DNA of 35,074 bases from Eledone cirrhosa (taxonomy: Eukaryota): the NCBI GenBank assembly GCA_964016885.1, contig CAXHJY010001086.1, positions 1 through 35,074 of the forward strand, in the 5' to 3' direction. Shown here in pieces: positions 11,573 through 21,530 of this stretch. Below the pieces are notes generated by a model, which was given only the letters and a program-made list of their open reading frames with translations, ran no database searches and was not told the DNA's origin. Made by a program: the position numbers and the translations under genes. The first letter of the stretch is position 1. Each line of letters begins with the position of its first letter.

Positions 11573-11840
11573 TGTATACTTCGGCTGTTTAGCGCACCAC
11601 TAAATATATATTACAAGCCAAAACTAATAGCAACATTCCTGAAGAAACGAAGGTCAGCGAGAACAAATTAGAGGACGACGAACTATACGTGCTGTAATCA
11701 ACTAAACAGAGCCCCAAATGAATGTTATTGATGATTGTTATAATGAAGATGTGGGAGCAGTCATGCCTCTCCCTGATCAGATACAAAAATAGACGTTAAC
11801 AAAAGTAAACAATAAGATTCTACCTTAATAACAACAACAT
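5523..11840 (-). CDS. SDHC: Succinate dehydrogenase cytochrome b560 subunit, whole gene. Exons 11840-11824, 8967-8911, 8740-8618, 7205-7144, 6518-6355, 5630-5523; 531 nt, 176 aa.
   Basis: All introns are GT-AG with matching phases. The spliced protein MLLLLRSVVRQQ...[35 protein letters not shown]...YHLLNGLRHLAWDWATGF...VYLL* carries the SDHC RPxSPHxxIY, SxxHRxTG and HxxNGxRHLxWD motifs. Confidence 0.97.
5777..5945 (+). mobile_element. tRNA-derived SINE, family A (diverged)
   Basis: GAGTTCAAAT B-box, TTTACCTTTAATCCTTATGGGGTC core and GGCCTTGTGCCAAAATTAGAAACAATTATT tail. Confidence 0.85.
6072..6253 (-). mobile_element. Full-length family A SINE with 19-bp target-site duplication
   Basis: AGGGTTAACTCAAAATAAT occurs at 6053-6071 and 6254-6272, flanking the element. 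Confidence 0.92.
6355..6518 (-). CDS. SDHC: SDHC exon 5 (GMTSLAIAVL...YHLLNGLRHL)
   Basis: Lies within ORF 6082..6564; bounded by tttcag and gtaagt; 164 bp. Confidence 0.96.
7144..7205 (-). CDS. SDHC: SDHC exon 4 ([20 protein letters not shown])
   Basis: Bounded by ttccag and gtaagt; 62 bp; quinone-binding SxxHR motif. Confidence 0.96.
7262..7652 (+). mobile_element. tRNA-derived SINE, family B (CORE-like centre, TGA-repeat tail)
   Basis: A-box TGGCTTAGTGG, B-box-like GAGTTCAGTTC, CCTTGAGTAAGACACTT core and GGAAAAGTGGACGTAAAATGATGAT tail. Confidence 0.8.
8270..8613 (+). mobile_element. Diverged 3' part of a family B SINE/LINE ending in (TGA)n
   Basis: CTGTAAAGTGGTCGGTGATACGAAGGTCATCCAGCC and GGAAAGCGGACATTAAATGATGATGAT match 7530-7652. 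Confidence 0.65.
8618..8740 (-). CDS. SDHC: SDHC exon 3 ([41 protein letters not shown])
   Basis: Bounded by tttcag and gtaaat; an alternative in-frame acceptor would start the exon at 8731. Confidence 0.95.
8911..8967 (-). CDS. SDHC: SDHC exon 2 (transit peptide, SVVRQQCLFQRPLPLLNT)
   Basis: Bounded by ttttctattacag and gtaagt; 57 bp; phase 2 at both ends. Confidence 0.88.
9020..9390 (-). mobile_element. 3' end of a CR1/L2-group LINE (ORF2 C-terminus plus 3' UTR)
   Basis: Translation KHFFMLRVTEAWNKLPGSVVSCRDTASFKTSM matches the CR1-type FFxxRVxxxWNxLP..V....SFK terminus. Confidence 0.8.
9470..9770 (-). mobile_element. Decayed C-terminus of an RTE-clade LINE ORF
   Basis: Manual translation RSRMLKLYSHIKR...CLEGRLTGKRSRVRQPKRWLHNVSIWTGLDL...GD*TLWRK resembles the RTE GKRxRGRPxxRWxD..W...DR..WR end. 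Confidence 0.7.
10155..10631 (-). mobile_element. SINE cluster: family B fragment (+, 10155-10220) and two family A copies (-, 10221-10404 and 10465-10631)
   Basis: Direct similarity to the other copies in the window. Confidence 0.88.
11824..11840 (-). CDS. SDHC: SDHC exon 1 coding part (MLLLLR)
   Basis: ATG TTG TTG TTA TTA AG|gtag; phase 2 matches exon 2; resembles the vertebrate MAALLLR first exon; promoter-like motifs lie just upstream. Confidence 0.8.
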
Positions 11841-11876
11841 CGCCGCTTCCTTCGAGTATGGTCACTGAATGTTGGC

Positions 11877-11894
11877 TGCGCATGCGTACCGGAA
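11877..11894. promoter_or_regulatory. NRF-1-like site TGCGCATGCGTA with adjacent ETS-like CCGGAA in the SDHC promoter
   Basis: 37-54 bp upstream of the ATG; close match to the NRF-1 consensus YGCGCAYGCGCR. Confidence 0.55.
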
Positions 11895-12072
11895 CCAGTA
11901 CAAACCTGTTCGTTTATTCTGTCGTTCTATTTACTTCATTCCATAATTCTTACATTCCAATCCAATTTTGGTTGTTATTTTTGTATTTGTGTTGGTTTTT
12001 CGTTTTTTTTTTTTTCATTTTACACCGTTATATTTTCTTTTGATGTTATTTTTTTTCCTTCTTCTCTTTCTA

Positions 12073-12610
12073 ATACTACTACTACTACCACTACTACTAC
12101 TACTACCACCACTACTACTACTACTACCACCACCACCACCACCACTAAAACCACCACCACCACCACCACCACCACTACTACCACCACCACCACCACTACT
12201 ACTACTATCACCACCACCACCACTACCACCACCTCCACCACTACTACTACTGCCGCTGCTGCTGTTGTTGTTGTTGCTACTGCTGCTACGACTATTACTA
12301 TTGCTGCTGCTACTACTGCTACTAGTACTGATGCTGCCACTACTACTGCTGCTCTACTACTACTACTGCTGCTGCTACTATTACCACTACTACTGCTGTT
12401 GCTGTTACTACTACTACTAGTACTACTTCTATTACTACCACTACTACTGCAACTACAACAACAACTACTACTACTTCTATTACTACCACTACTACTGCAA
12501 CTACAACAACTACTACTACTACTAGTTCTCCATCTACAACTACATTATCTACTACCACTACTACACGTATCACCACCACCCCCATTACCACAACCCCACC
12601 ACCACCCCAA
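12073..12610. repeat. Compound trinucleotide tract (CTA/CCA/CTG/CAA)n
   Basis: Seen directly; source of the poly-L/P/V ORFs. Confidence 0.95.
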
Positions 12611-12807
12611 CTTTGCTGCTCTTGTCCCAAAGGGGAATTAATTCGAAAAAAAGTATATTAGAGTAACCTCCCTTTAAAGGCCTTTGTTAATTGGTCTGCA
12701 AAAGCAGATAAGTAAATAAAGTCCTTCGAAATCAATACCGTCTGCGATGTATTTTTTTTTTTTAATGGAAATAACAGCCGAGGTAGCGTAGTGTTGAATT
12801 ATATTAT

Positions 12808-12998
12808 GGATTGACAGTAGCGGTAGAGTGTCCGACAATACTTTGAAGCATAGAGTTATGGCCCTTTATGATCTGAGCTCAAATCCCGCCGAGGTTAACT
12901 TTGTTGTCTTTCATCCTTACGAGGGTCGATAAAATAAAGTACCAGTAATGCACTGGGGTAATTGTTGGCCTTGTGCCAAAAGTAGAAACAATTATTAT
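12808..12998 (+). mobile_element. Family A SINE
   Basis: Head GGATTGACAGTAGCGGTAGAG through tail GTAGAAACAATTATT. Confidence 0.88.
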
Positions 12999-13257
12999 GT
13001 CTAAAGAAAAGAAAGAAGGCGGAGATCAGAACGGTTATACCTGGGTTGCTATTGATCTTAGTTCGGCTTGATCAGGGTTTGTGTATGTGTATGGTCGCGT
13101 AACTGCTGGTAAAATCGTAGGGCCGCTATATTGACATACGGCGTTTCTTGGGTAATTTAAGCCCATCCCTCTCCAGGCCTAAGTACAGCAGATTTCTTCC
13201 AGAGAAAGATAGAAAGTGAGAGAGAGGAAATGAGAAAGAGATATAGAGGAAGAATCC

Positions 13258-13335
13258 ACCCCCAGTACTAGACTGGTACTTGTTTTATCGACCCCGAAAG
13301 GATGAAAGGCAAAGTTGACCTCGGCGGGATTTGAA
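13258..13335 (-). mobile_element. Family A SINE internal fragment
   Basis: TTTATCGACCCCGAAAGGATGAAAGGCAAAGTTGACCTCGGCGGGATTTGAA. Confidence 0.8.
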
Positions 13336-13775
13336 GCCCCTGTACACATAACTACACACACACACACACACACATACAACCACACACAGCGATATGTACA
13401 CATACACAACTATATACATAAAAACGCATACACACAATAACATACGTGCAGCCATATACACACATACATAGAATAACACATAAACACATACATACAACAT
13501 ATACACACATACATACAATAAGACATACACACAGATACATATAAACACTTATATAGACTGGCTAGCTATTCGATTAACAGAGATGGATACAATAATTAGC
13601 AGACCAGACCAGACCAGACCAGAATAAGTAGTGAGATCGATTAGAGAAAACAAAAATGTGCTCCAGTATGGTCTCTGTCCAAAAAGCATTAAACATAGAG
13701 ATTTTCTTGTTTACGTAACTCAACATAAAAAAATAATAAAAATAACAACAAAAAATATAGTAAAAATCTTTTCCT

Positions 13776-13857
13776 TGGCAGCGGTGGGATTCGAACCCAC
13801 GCCTCCGAAGAGACTGGTGCCTTAAACCAGCGCCTTAGACCGCTCGGCCACGCTACC
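13776..13857 (-). tRNA. tRNA-Leu-AAG: tRNA-Leu (anticodon AAG), 82 nt
   Basis: GGTAGCGTGGCCGAGCGGTCTAAGGCGCTGGTTTAAGGCACCAGTCTCTTCGGAGGCGTGGGTTCGAATCCCACCGCTGCCA. Full cloverleaf with long variable arm, intact A and B boxes, and a T5 terminator about 9 nt downstream. Confidence 0.98.
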
Positions 13858-14044
13858 AGCGATGTCACAGCTTGCAAATATATTGTAGTTAATACATCAA
13901 TAGCCTGTCTCTGCTGCCTGCTTGCTGACTGATTGTTATATAAAGTTGGGGAGTTACTTCCCTTGTGTGACGTGCGTGTGTTTATTTAAACATTCGTGTT
14001 TCTATTGCGGGCACGTGGTTAGAATGTTAGTTACTTCACGCTGA

Positions 14045-14207
14045 TCAGAGACCCAGAGCAAGTGGTTGGATGACATCCAAGAGCTCGGCTGATCTCGCTT
14101 GGGGATGATCCAGTCGGAACCACTGGAGACAGTTGCTTCTGAGAGGACTGGTTGGAAGGAGGGAGTGTTTGAGGACTCTGTCCCCACGACCCTCTTAGGA
14201 GTTAGAA
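14045..14207 (+). mobile_element. 3'-terminal fragment of an RTE-clade LINE
   Basis: Decayed translation RPR/SKWLDDIQELG*SRLGM..EPLETVASERTGWK../LSPRPS is typical of the RTE (Expander/Rex3-like) C-terminus. Confidence 0.65.
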
Positions 14208-14991
14208 CAGAGGTTCTCAAAGTGGGCGCTACCACCCCCCGGGGAGAGGGCGTTGAGAAGGTCCAGGGGGGGGGGGGGGTTAAGGGGGTGGTAGAGATGA
14301 TATAATAGTATATTAAATATCAAATAATTGTTTCTACTTTTGACACAAGGCCAGCAATTATTCCAGTGCATTATTATTGGCAGTATCATCCTTACGGTCG
14401 ATAAAATAAAGTACCAGTAATGCACTGGGTAATTGCTGGCCTTGTGCCTAAAGTAGAAACAATTATTATTGGCAGTATCAGTAGAGGGTCGGACGCCATG
14501 CTTTCTAGCATAGTTACGTCCCTTTACGATCTGAGTTCAAATCCCGCCGAGGTTGACTTTGCCTTTCATCCTTACGGGGTCGATAAAATAAAGTACCAGT
14601 AATACACTGGGTAATTGATGGCCTTGTGCCAAAAGTAGAAACAATTATTAGTACTTTATTTTATCGACCCCGAAAGGATGAAAGGCAAAGTTAATCTCGA
14701 CAGGATTTGAGCTCAGTCGTAAAAGGACGTAACTATACTGAAAAGCACGGTGTCCGACTCTCTACCGATACTGCCAAATAATACATATATATAGTAAAAT
14801 AAAAAATAGATATAATATGCATTCTATACATAGTATATATTATATAAGTTATTATATATAAATTAATGATTTTATTTATTATATATTATTGACAATTTGC
14901 GTGTAGACAGGTCTCTCTGGAAATAGCAGTGGGGGCGCTGGCAGTATTATGGGGCCATGTGGGGGTGGCTCAAAAGGTTTCAGAACCTCTG
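14208..14991. mobile_element. hAT (Charlie-like) MITE with 14-bp TIRs and 8-bp TSD
   Basis: CAGAGGTTCTCAAA (14208) versus TTTCAGAACCTCTG (ending 14991), 13/14 complementary. Flanks AGTTAGAA and AGTTTGAA match at 7/8. Confidence 0.8.
14323..14777. mobile_element. Nested family A SINEs: one minus copy split by two tandem plus copies
   Basis: Minus tail 14323-14372 plus minus body 14650-14777 reconstitute one element. Plus copies lie at 14374-14467 (internally deleted) and 14468-14648. Confidence 0.85.
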
Positions 14992-15346
14992 AGTTTGAAG
15001 AAGAATCGTAGAGAGAAAAAAACAAAACGAAAAAAAAAACAGAAATTCTTTTCCTTTTCTTTAAATCAACTTCCGTCGTTTATTAAATAATTAGATAGAG
15101 AGAGAGAGAAAGGTACATAGATAAGTATATATGTATATAAAATGATAAAAATGTCTCTCAAACGAGAGATTGGGGGTTCAATTCCCACACATGTCTGTCC
15201 GTTTTTTTCGCACCTCACTAAACATTTTTTTTATAGTTATCAGCTATTATTTATAATTTTCCCCTTGTGGAAACACATTTTCTAATTTCAAGTTTCCACA
15301 ATGCTTCATAAATTAACCAAAGAAGAAGAAGCAGAAGAAGAAGAAA

Positions 15347-16432
15347 TTATATATTCTGCGTTGTGGATATTTGGTGGAATTCTTTGACGGAAGTCAACGA
15401 TACTGTACCGCCATTATCGTTCCGCTTCCGTTGGCTGGCTGTACTTTCACTGACTGACCAAGCAGTTTTAAACGGCTGCGATTGTGTTGTTAAAGAAGAG
15501 TTATTTTTCTTCCCACAACAGAACGTGCGAAGTTCTTTACGAAAAGTCGGGCCACTGGCCGAATATAAAATGAAGTTGACACTGTTTGAAAAATAGTACA
15601 AAACATCAGAGACGCTTAAAGCAATAATAAGAATTTCATTTGCTTTAATGTACCTCGTGATAAATATCATGATACCGTATGGAAGTACTATGAGAAAATA
15701 GAGCAAGTTGATAAAGACCAGGATCCGCATGGTGTCGTTTGAAGCTTGACTCCTGTTGGCTTTCTTTTGCTGGGAATCTCTTACCAACAAACGATTCCTT
15801 AGTTTGAAAATAATCACAACACTGCAGACCAACAGTAATACTGCTGGTATAAAACAAAAGAAGACACTGTATATCAGTTCATAGATGATTTGATCGTAAG
15901 ACGGTCGATCAACCAAGCAACGTGTAGTATTGCTTGGCGGAAAACTAACTAGTTTTAGCCAAAATAAGTTTACTGAAGTTATACAAGAAATAAATATGAA
16001 TGTCGTTACCATAGCGATAATTTTTGATTTAATTTTCAAATTTATGCTGCTCCATATTGGAAAAGTGACACACACCATTCTTTCTGATGTTATGAGAACG
16101 GTTAACCAAGAGGAATAAATCAGAGATGTCTGAGAGAGGTAAGGGATAAACTTACACAAGAATTCGTTTTGGATAACAACATTGAAGCCAGTGAGAATAT
16201 AGATCACCTTTGGTATGGCATCTGTAACAAGAACAACTAAATCATTGGCGACCAGTGTAATCAGATAGATGGACACCTGCATAGAACGCATACGAGGTCG
16301 CAGCAAGATGATGATGGAAATGATGTTACCTATGATTCCGAAACAGAAGATAGGTAGACCTATATAGACCCACATTATATTACGGACCTCTCTGTAGAGA
16401 TTATAGAAAATAGTGTCTGTATCATTCGCCAT
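15347..16432 (-). CDS. Intronless class A (rhodopsin-like) GPCR, FMRFamide/peptide-receptor-like orphan, copy 1 (361 aa)
   Basis: Seven hydrophobic segments; GN in TM1, LxxxD in TM2, C at the start of TM3, ERM at the DRY position, FIP in TM5, LP in TM6, NFILY plus FR in TM7/helix 8, CC palmitoylation site, N-terminal NDT sequon. Confidence 0.95.
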   Translation of the reverse strand: MANDTDTIFYNLYREVRNIMWVYIGLPIFCFGIIGNIISIIILLRPRMRSMQVSIYLITLVANDLVVLVTDAIPKVIYILTGFNVVIQNEFLCKFIPYLSQTSLIYSSWLTVLITSERMVCVTFPIWSSINLKIKSKIIAMVTTFIFISCITSVNLFWLKLVSFPPSNTTRCLVDRPSYDQIIYELIYSVFFCFIPAVLLLVCSVVIIFKLRNRLLVRDSQQKKANRSQASNDTMRILVFINLLYFLIVLPYGIMIFITRYIKANEILIIALSVSDVLYYFSNSVNFILYSASGPTFRKELRTFCCGKKNNSSLTTQSQPFKTAWSVSESTASQRKRNDNGGTVSLTSVKEFHQISTTQNI

Positions 16433-16509
16433 ATTTTTGTTTGAAATAAATATGAAACAAAAATAATAAATTAAAAAAACGTTAACTACTTTTGTTAAGT
16501 TATCCTGGC

Positions 16510-16652
16510 TTCTTTCTTTATCTTCTTTCTTTCTTTCCTTCTTTCTTTCCTTCTTTCTTTCCTTCTTTCTTTCCTTCTTTCTTTCCTTCTTTCTTTCCTT
16601 CTTTCTTTCCTTCTTTCTTTCCTTCTTTCTTTCCTTCTTTCTTTCTTTCTTT
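16510..16652. repeat. (TTTC/TTCC) tract with 12-bp periodicity upstream of GPCR copy 1
   Basis: TTCTTTCCTTCT units; shorter and less regular at 24805-24892 in copy 2. Confidence 0.9.
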
Positions 16653-17515
16653 CAATTTCTACCTCTTTATTTTTTGTCCAGTTTAATTTCTTCTTTCATT
16701 TGTTTCATCTGAGTTTTCTCTTGGATCCAGGGATTCTAATAAGAACAATAGATAAGTGTGTGCTCATTAGAATATAATGACACGAATAACTGAAAGACAG
16801 ACATACAAATAGTCAGGAATCAATGAAATAGACAATGTACAATGTACACAAATGAAATAAAAGGTTAGGAAATATATATCGGTACATTAGATTAATACGT
16901 AAAACAGCTAAATACAAAAATAAGTTAATAGGTATTAATAGTATATCTGCCCTAATAATATCTTATACTTCTATTCTCAGTAACGTACTGAATGACCTAA
17001 CCATTAGAGAATAGATTAACAGGTAAGATAGAGTTGGGATTATCATTCACTAAATATTTTAAAAGGAGTCGATGGTAATATTGGACGAGGGTAATAATGT
17101 TTGAAAGTGGCATGAATATCACAACATCACCTTTCTTTTGTACTCAAGAAAGTAGTCAACACTTACCTGGAGAATCAAGGTGGGAATTTAACGTCCTATG
17201 TATTGAAAACATGTCACTATTCTGCTTTTTGTTGTATCTTTCTTATATAATTCTGTGTTGAAATCATTCTAATGTCAGTCATTCTGAGTAAACGCTTACC
17301 TCTGTTAACCTCAGAATGGCTGGACTTCAACAATGGCTCTGTGACTGGTAAATGTGGGTTTATGTTGACCCCCGCCCAGATTAAATGAACTTCAGTGTTG
17401 GACAGTTTGTTGGGGAAATGTTTGTCGATGTTGGCCTCAGAGTAGAGGGATTTTAAACACTTGGTCTTTCAAGAGTAAATGTGTGGTTGGGATATTCTCA
17501 AAGGGGCTTGATTTC

Positions 17516-18864
17516 AATGTTGGGTCTGTGAAAGGTAAATGTGTGATTGGAAAAGTCTGAAAGGGGCTTCAACGTTGGGTCTGTGAAAGGTAAATGTGTG
17601 ATTGGAATAGTCTGAAAGGGGCTTCAACGTTGGGTCTGTGAAAGGTAAATGTGTGATTGGAATAGTCTGAAAGGGGCTTCAACGTTGGGTCTGTGAAAGG
17701 TAAATGTGTGATTGGAATAGTCTGAAAGGGGCCTCAATGTTGGGTCTGTGAAAGGTAAATGTGTGATTGGAATAGTCTGAAAGGGGCCTCAATGTTGGGT
17801 CTGTGAAAGGTAAATGTGTGATTGGAATAGTCTGAAAGGGGCCTCAATGTTGGGTCTGTGAAAGGTAAATGTGTGATTGGAATAGTCTGAAAGGGGCCTC
17901 AATGTTGGGTCTGTGAAAGGTAAATGTGTGATTGGAATAGTCTGAAAGGGGCCTCAATGTTGGGTCTGTGAAAGGTAAATGTGTGATTGGAATAGTCTGA
18001 AAGGGGCCTCAATGTTGGGTCTGTGAAAGGTAAATGTGTGATTGGAATAGTCTGAAAGAGGCCTCAATGTTGGGTCTGTGTAAGGTAAATGTGTGATTGG
18101 AATAGTCTGAAAGGGGCCTCAATGTTGGGTCTGTGAAAGGTAAATGTGTGATTGGAATAGTCTGAAAGGGGCCTCAACGTTGGGTCTGTGAAAGGTAAAT
18201 GTGTGATTGGAATAGTCTGAAAGGGGCCTCAACGTTGGGTCTGTGAAAGGTAAATGTGTGATTGGAATAGTCTGAAAGGGGCCTCAATGTTGGGTCTGTG
18301 AAAGGTAAATGTGTGATTGGAATAGTCTGAAAGGGGCCTCAACGTTGGGTCTGTGAAAGGTAAATGTGTGATTGGAATAGTCTGAAAGGGGCCTCAACGT
18401 TGGGTCTGTGAAAGGTAAATGTGTGATTGGAATAGTCTGAAAGGGGCCTCAATGTTGGGTCTGTGAAAGGTAAATGTGTGATTGGAATAGTCTGAAAGGG
18501 GCCTCAATGTTGGGTCTGTGAAAGGTAAATGTGTGATTGGAATAGTCTGAAAGGGGCTTCAACGTTGGGTCTGTGTAAGGTAAATGTGTGATTGGAATAG
18601 TCTGAAAGGGGCCTCAACGTTGGGTCTGTGAAAGGTAAATGTGTGATTGGAATAGTCTGAAAGGGGCCTCAATGTTGGGTCTGTGAAAGGTAAATGTGTG
18701 ATTGGAATAGTCTGAAAGGGGCTTCAACGTTGGGTCTGTGAAAGGTAAATGTGTGATTGGAATAGTCTGAAAGGGGCCTCAACGTTGGGTCTGTGAAAGG
18801 TAAATGTGTGATTGGAATAGTCTGAAAGGGGCCTCAATGTTGGGTCTGTGAAAGGTAAATGTGT
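17516..18864. repeat. 55-bp minisatellite, 24 full units plus a 29-bp partial unit
   Basis: Unit AAYGTTGGGTCTGTGAAAGGTAAATGTGTGATTGGAATAGTCTGAAAGGGGCYTC, head to tail, no spacers. Confidence 0.98.
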
Positions 18865-18944
18865 TATCGTGTTGGACTTAGGGTTGCAGAACTTCAAACG
18901 TTCGGCACTTGGCTGGAGAAATAAAGAAGATTCATAATACTACT

Positions 18945-19130
18945 GTTGTTGTTGGTGGTGGTGGTGGTGGTGGTGGTGTTATTCTTGTTGTTGTTGGTGG
19001 TGGTGGTGGTGGTGGTGTTATTCTTGTTGTTGTTGGTGGTGGTGGTGGTGGTGGTGTTATTCTTGTTGTTGTTGGTGGTGGTGGTGGTGGTGGTGTTATT
19101 CTTGTTGTTGTTGTTGGTGGTGGTGGTATT
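18945..19130. repeat. 39-bp higher-order repeat built from (GTT)/(GGT) triplets, ~4.5 copies
   Basis: GTTGTTGTT(GGT)7GTTATTCTT units; visible as a 13-aa period in the ORF track. Confidence 0.9.
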
Positions 19131-19524
19131 GGTGATGGTTCTGATGTTGTTACTGTAGCTAATGTTGCTGTTATTGTTGTTGTTCTTACTAATATAGTGT
19201 CTACTTCTACTACTTCTACTACTACTACTAATACTACTACTACTGTGGATGTCCGTGATCTTGGCGGTGCTGCTGCTACTGTTGCCGGTGGCGGTTATGA
19301 TGATGATGATGACCATAACAAAAAATAAAAAGATAATGATGATGATGCTGATGATGCTGATGCTTGCTTGAAGCGAAGCATTTCGTCTTTGCATTATTTT
19401 TGTTTTCTCATCCAATTTTTATATAAACTTCCGCAATTCATGTAACTTGTGTTTGTAATGTCTCCTCTTTCAGCGCCCTTGTGGCAAATAAAAGAACTCA
19501 TTATTATTACTATGAACATTGAAA

Positions 19525-19746
19525 GGGTGGAAGGTTGGTAGTGTTGGTAGAGCGTCGGACAACATGATTTGAAGCATAGAGTTACGGCCCTTTGCGGTCT
19601 GAGTTCAAATCCCGCTGAGATTAGAATTGCCTTTCATCCTTACTGGGACAATGAAATAAAGTACCAGTAATGCACTGGGGACGATTTAGTAAATTTTCCT
19701 CTTTCCTTGAAATTATTGAGCTTGTACCAACAGTAAAAATAATTAA
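19525..19746 (+). mobile_element. Family A SINE (diverged, long-tail variant)
   Basis: GAGTTCAAATCCCGCTGAG...GCCTTTCATCCTTAC...AAATAAAGTACCAGTAATGCACTGGGG. Confidence 0.85.
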
Positions 19747-20775
19747 TATGGGAAGTGCTTGGTTGGTCCTTTATCCCTCAAATGTAGCTACTGTCCTTTC
19801 CTATATAGAAATATATCCACAGTTATATTATAGCTACGTTCGACGTGTATCGGAGAGTTTTCCTCCTGTATTGATGGTGTTGAAGAGATATTTGTTGAGT
19901 GACTGTAAATAGAAAAATACCTACAACAACAGCTACTACTACTATTACTACTACTAAAACAACAACAAAAAAACCACTTAGTTTCCTCTCTGCGCTCAAC
20001 GGACTCAATAGGATCGAGTGTAAGACAAAAATATGTAAATATGAAAAAGGAATAAAAACAAAATCACTTCAATTAGCAATGTTCTCTATTCTGTAAGATG
20101 CAAGTATTTAATTAACAATAGTATACCTTTTTCCTCTCTTTTCTCCTCTAAATACAGAAGAGCTAAGCCTTTAAAACTTCCATTACTCCATTAACATATT
20201 TCTAGTGAAATACACTACCTATTATTTCTAAATCATTGGGGATTCAGTAATATAACTATTTCTTTCCTTATTAAGTTGTTTTTCGTAACATAACTTAACA
20301 AAGGATCTTATATAAAGTTATGATGGGAGTACAAACATTTAAAAATATATAGTTTTGTATCGTAGAAGCTGGAGCGGTTTCATGTGGCTTGGTATAAAAT
20401 AGATTTAATTAATGTTTGTAACAAAACTTAACATAGGGTCTTATATAAAGTTATGATGGTAGGTTTCAAGTGGTTTGGTATCAAATGTTTTAATACACAA
20501 ATATTATGGAAGAACACTTACTTAATCAATTTCACCTTTGAGTTTGTTCTCGATTCACGGTTCCAGTGGACAAAATGGCAAAAATTAAAATATATATACT
20601 TTGTTTAACCCCCCCCCCCCCCCCTCTCCCGCACCAAAAAAAGCAAAAAATTGTGAAAAGAAAAGCTTTCGATTGGTTGATAAAGTTGATAAAGTTGTTT
20701 TTTTTAATCTGCTCTTCATGATAAATATAATTTGGATGGGGAAACAGTAAAATAAATAGATTAAATAAATAAATA

Positions 20776-20814
<39 letters not shown>

Positions 20815-20974
20815 TTTTTCTTTTTCTTTTCCTTTTCCTTTTCCTTTTTCTTTCTCTTTTTCTTTGTCTTTCTCTTTTGTCTGTTCCTCTGGACAAATGT
20901 AATATGGCTGGAGTAACTTAAATAAATAAAGATAAATAAAACACTAGATTGTTGCAAATAAATCTTACCAATGT

Positions 20975-20977
<3 letters not shown>

Positions 20978-21005
<28 letters not shown>

Positions 21006-21244
21006 GCAGCAATAGCAACAGCATCAACAGCAACAGCAGCAGCAACAACAGCAACAACAGCAACAACAACAACAGTGACAACTACAGCAACAACAATAGC
21101 AACAGCAACAACAACAACAATAACAGCAGCAACTATAATAACAACGACGACAATAACAACAGTAACAACTACAGCAACAGCAATAACAACAACAACAATA
21201 ACAACAACAGCAACAACAACAATAACAACAAAAACAACAAAAAC
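20978..21244. repeat. (CAA/CAG)n tract
   Basis: Seen directly. Confidence 0.93.
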
Positions 21245-21255
21245 AGACTATTCAG

Positions 21256-21448
21256 GGGATTGGCAGTATCGGTAGAGAGTCGGACACCATGCTTTGCAAC
21301 ATAGAGTTATGGCCCTTTATGGTCTGAGTTCAAATCCCGCCGAGGTTAACTTTGCCTTTCATCCTTACGGAGTCGATAAAATAAAGTACCAGTAATGCAC
21401 TGGTTTAATTGCTGGCCTTGTGCCAAAAATTAGAAACGATTATTATTA
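21256..21448 (+). mobile_element. Family A SINE present only in duplication unit 1
   Basis: Full head to tail; the corresponding sites near 26960 and 29063 are empty. Confidence 0.9.
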
Positions 21449-21530
21449 GTTCAACATCTATGTATTGTAGAAACCACGTGAATATTTTTACCATTGTTAT
21501 TGTTAACACTAAAGATTTAGTTGTTGTTGT

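Larger units (their letters stand above)
15061..21530. repeat. Segmental duplication unit 1 (paralogous to ~22461-27050)
   Basis: Collinear anchors: 15061/22461, 15310/23286, 16432/24726, 17283/25736, 18875/26005, 19967/26018, 21450/26968. Confidence 0.92.

Noticed and set aside
11968-12641. Poly-Leu/Pro/Val ORFs (also 18894-19415 and 30035-30370)
   Set aside because: Trinucleotide tracts that are open in several frames on both strands, with no splice or domain support.
13631-13877. ORFs overlapping the tRNA
   Set aside because: Chance translations of the tRNA-Leu gene.
14238-14292. G-rich potential quadruplex
   Set aside because: It lies inside the hAT MITE, and homopolymer G/C runs are common in this window.
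14420-14602. Recurrent MHWVIAGLVPK...FAFHPYG peptides (also 10034 and 34766)
   Set aside because: Translations of SINE sequence, not a protein family.
15363-16118. Antisense and alternative-frame ORFs conserved in both GPCR copies
   Set aside because: Their identity follows trivially from the near-identical DNA.
17516-18864. CRISPR-like regular array
   Set aside because: The units are contiguous with no unique spacers, there are no cas genes, and the context is eukaryotic.
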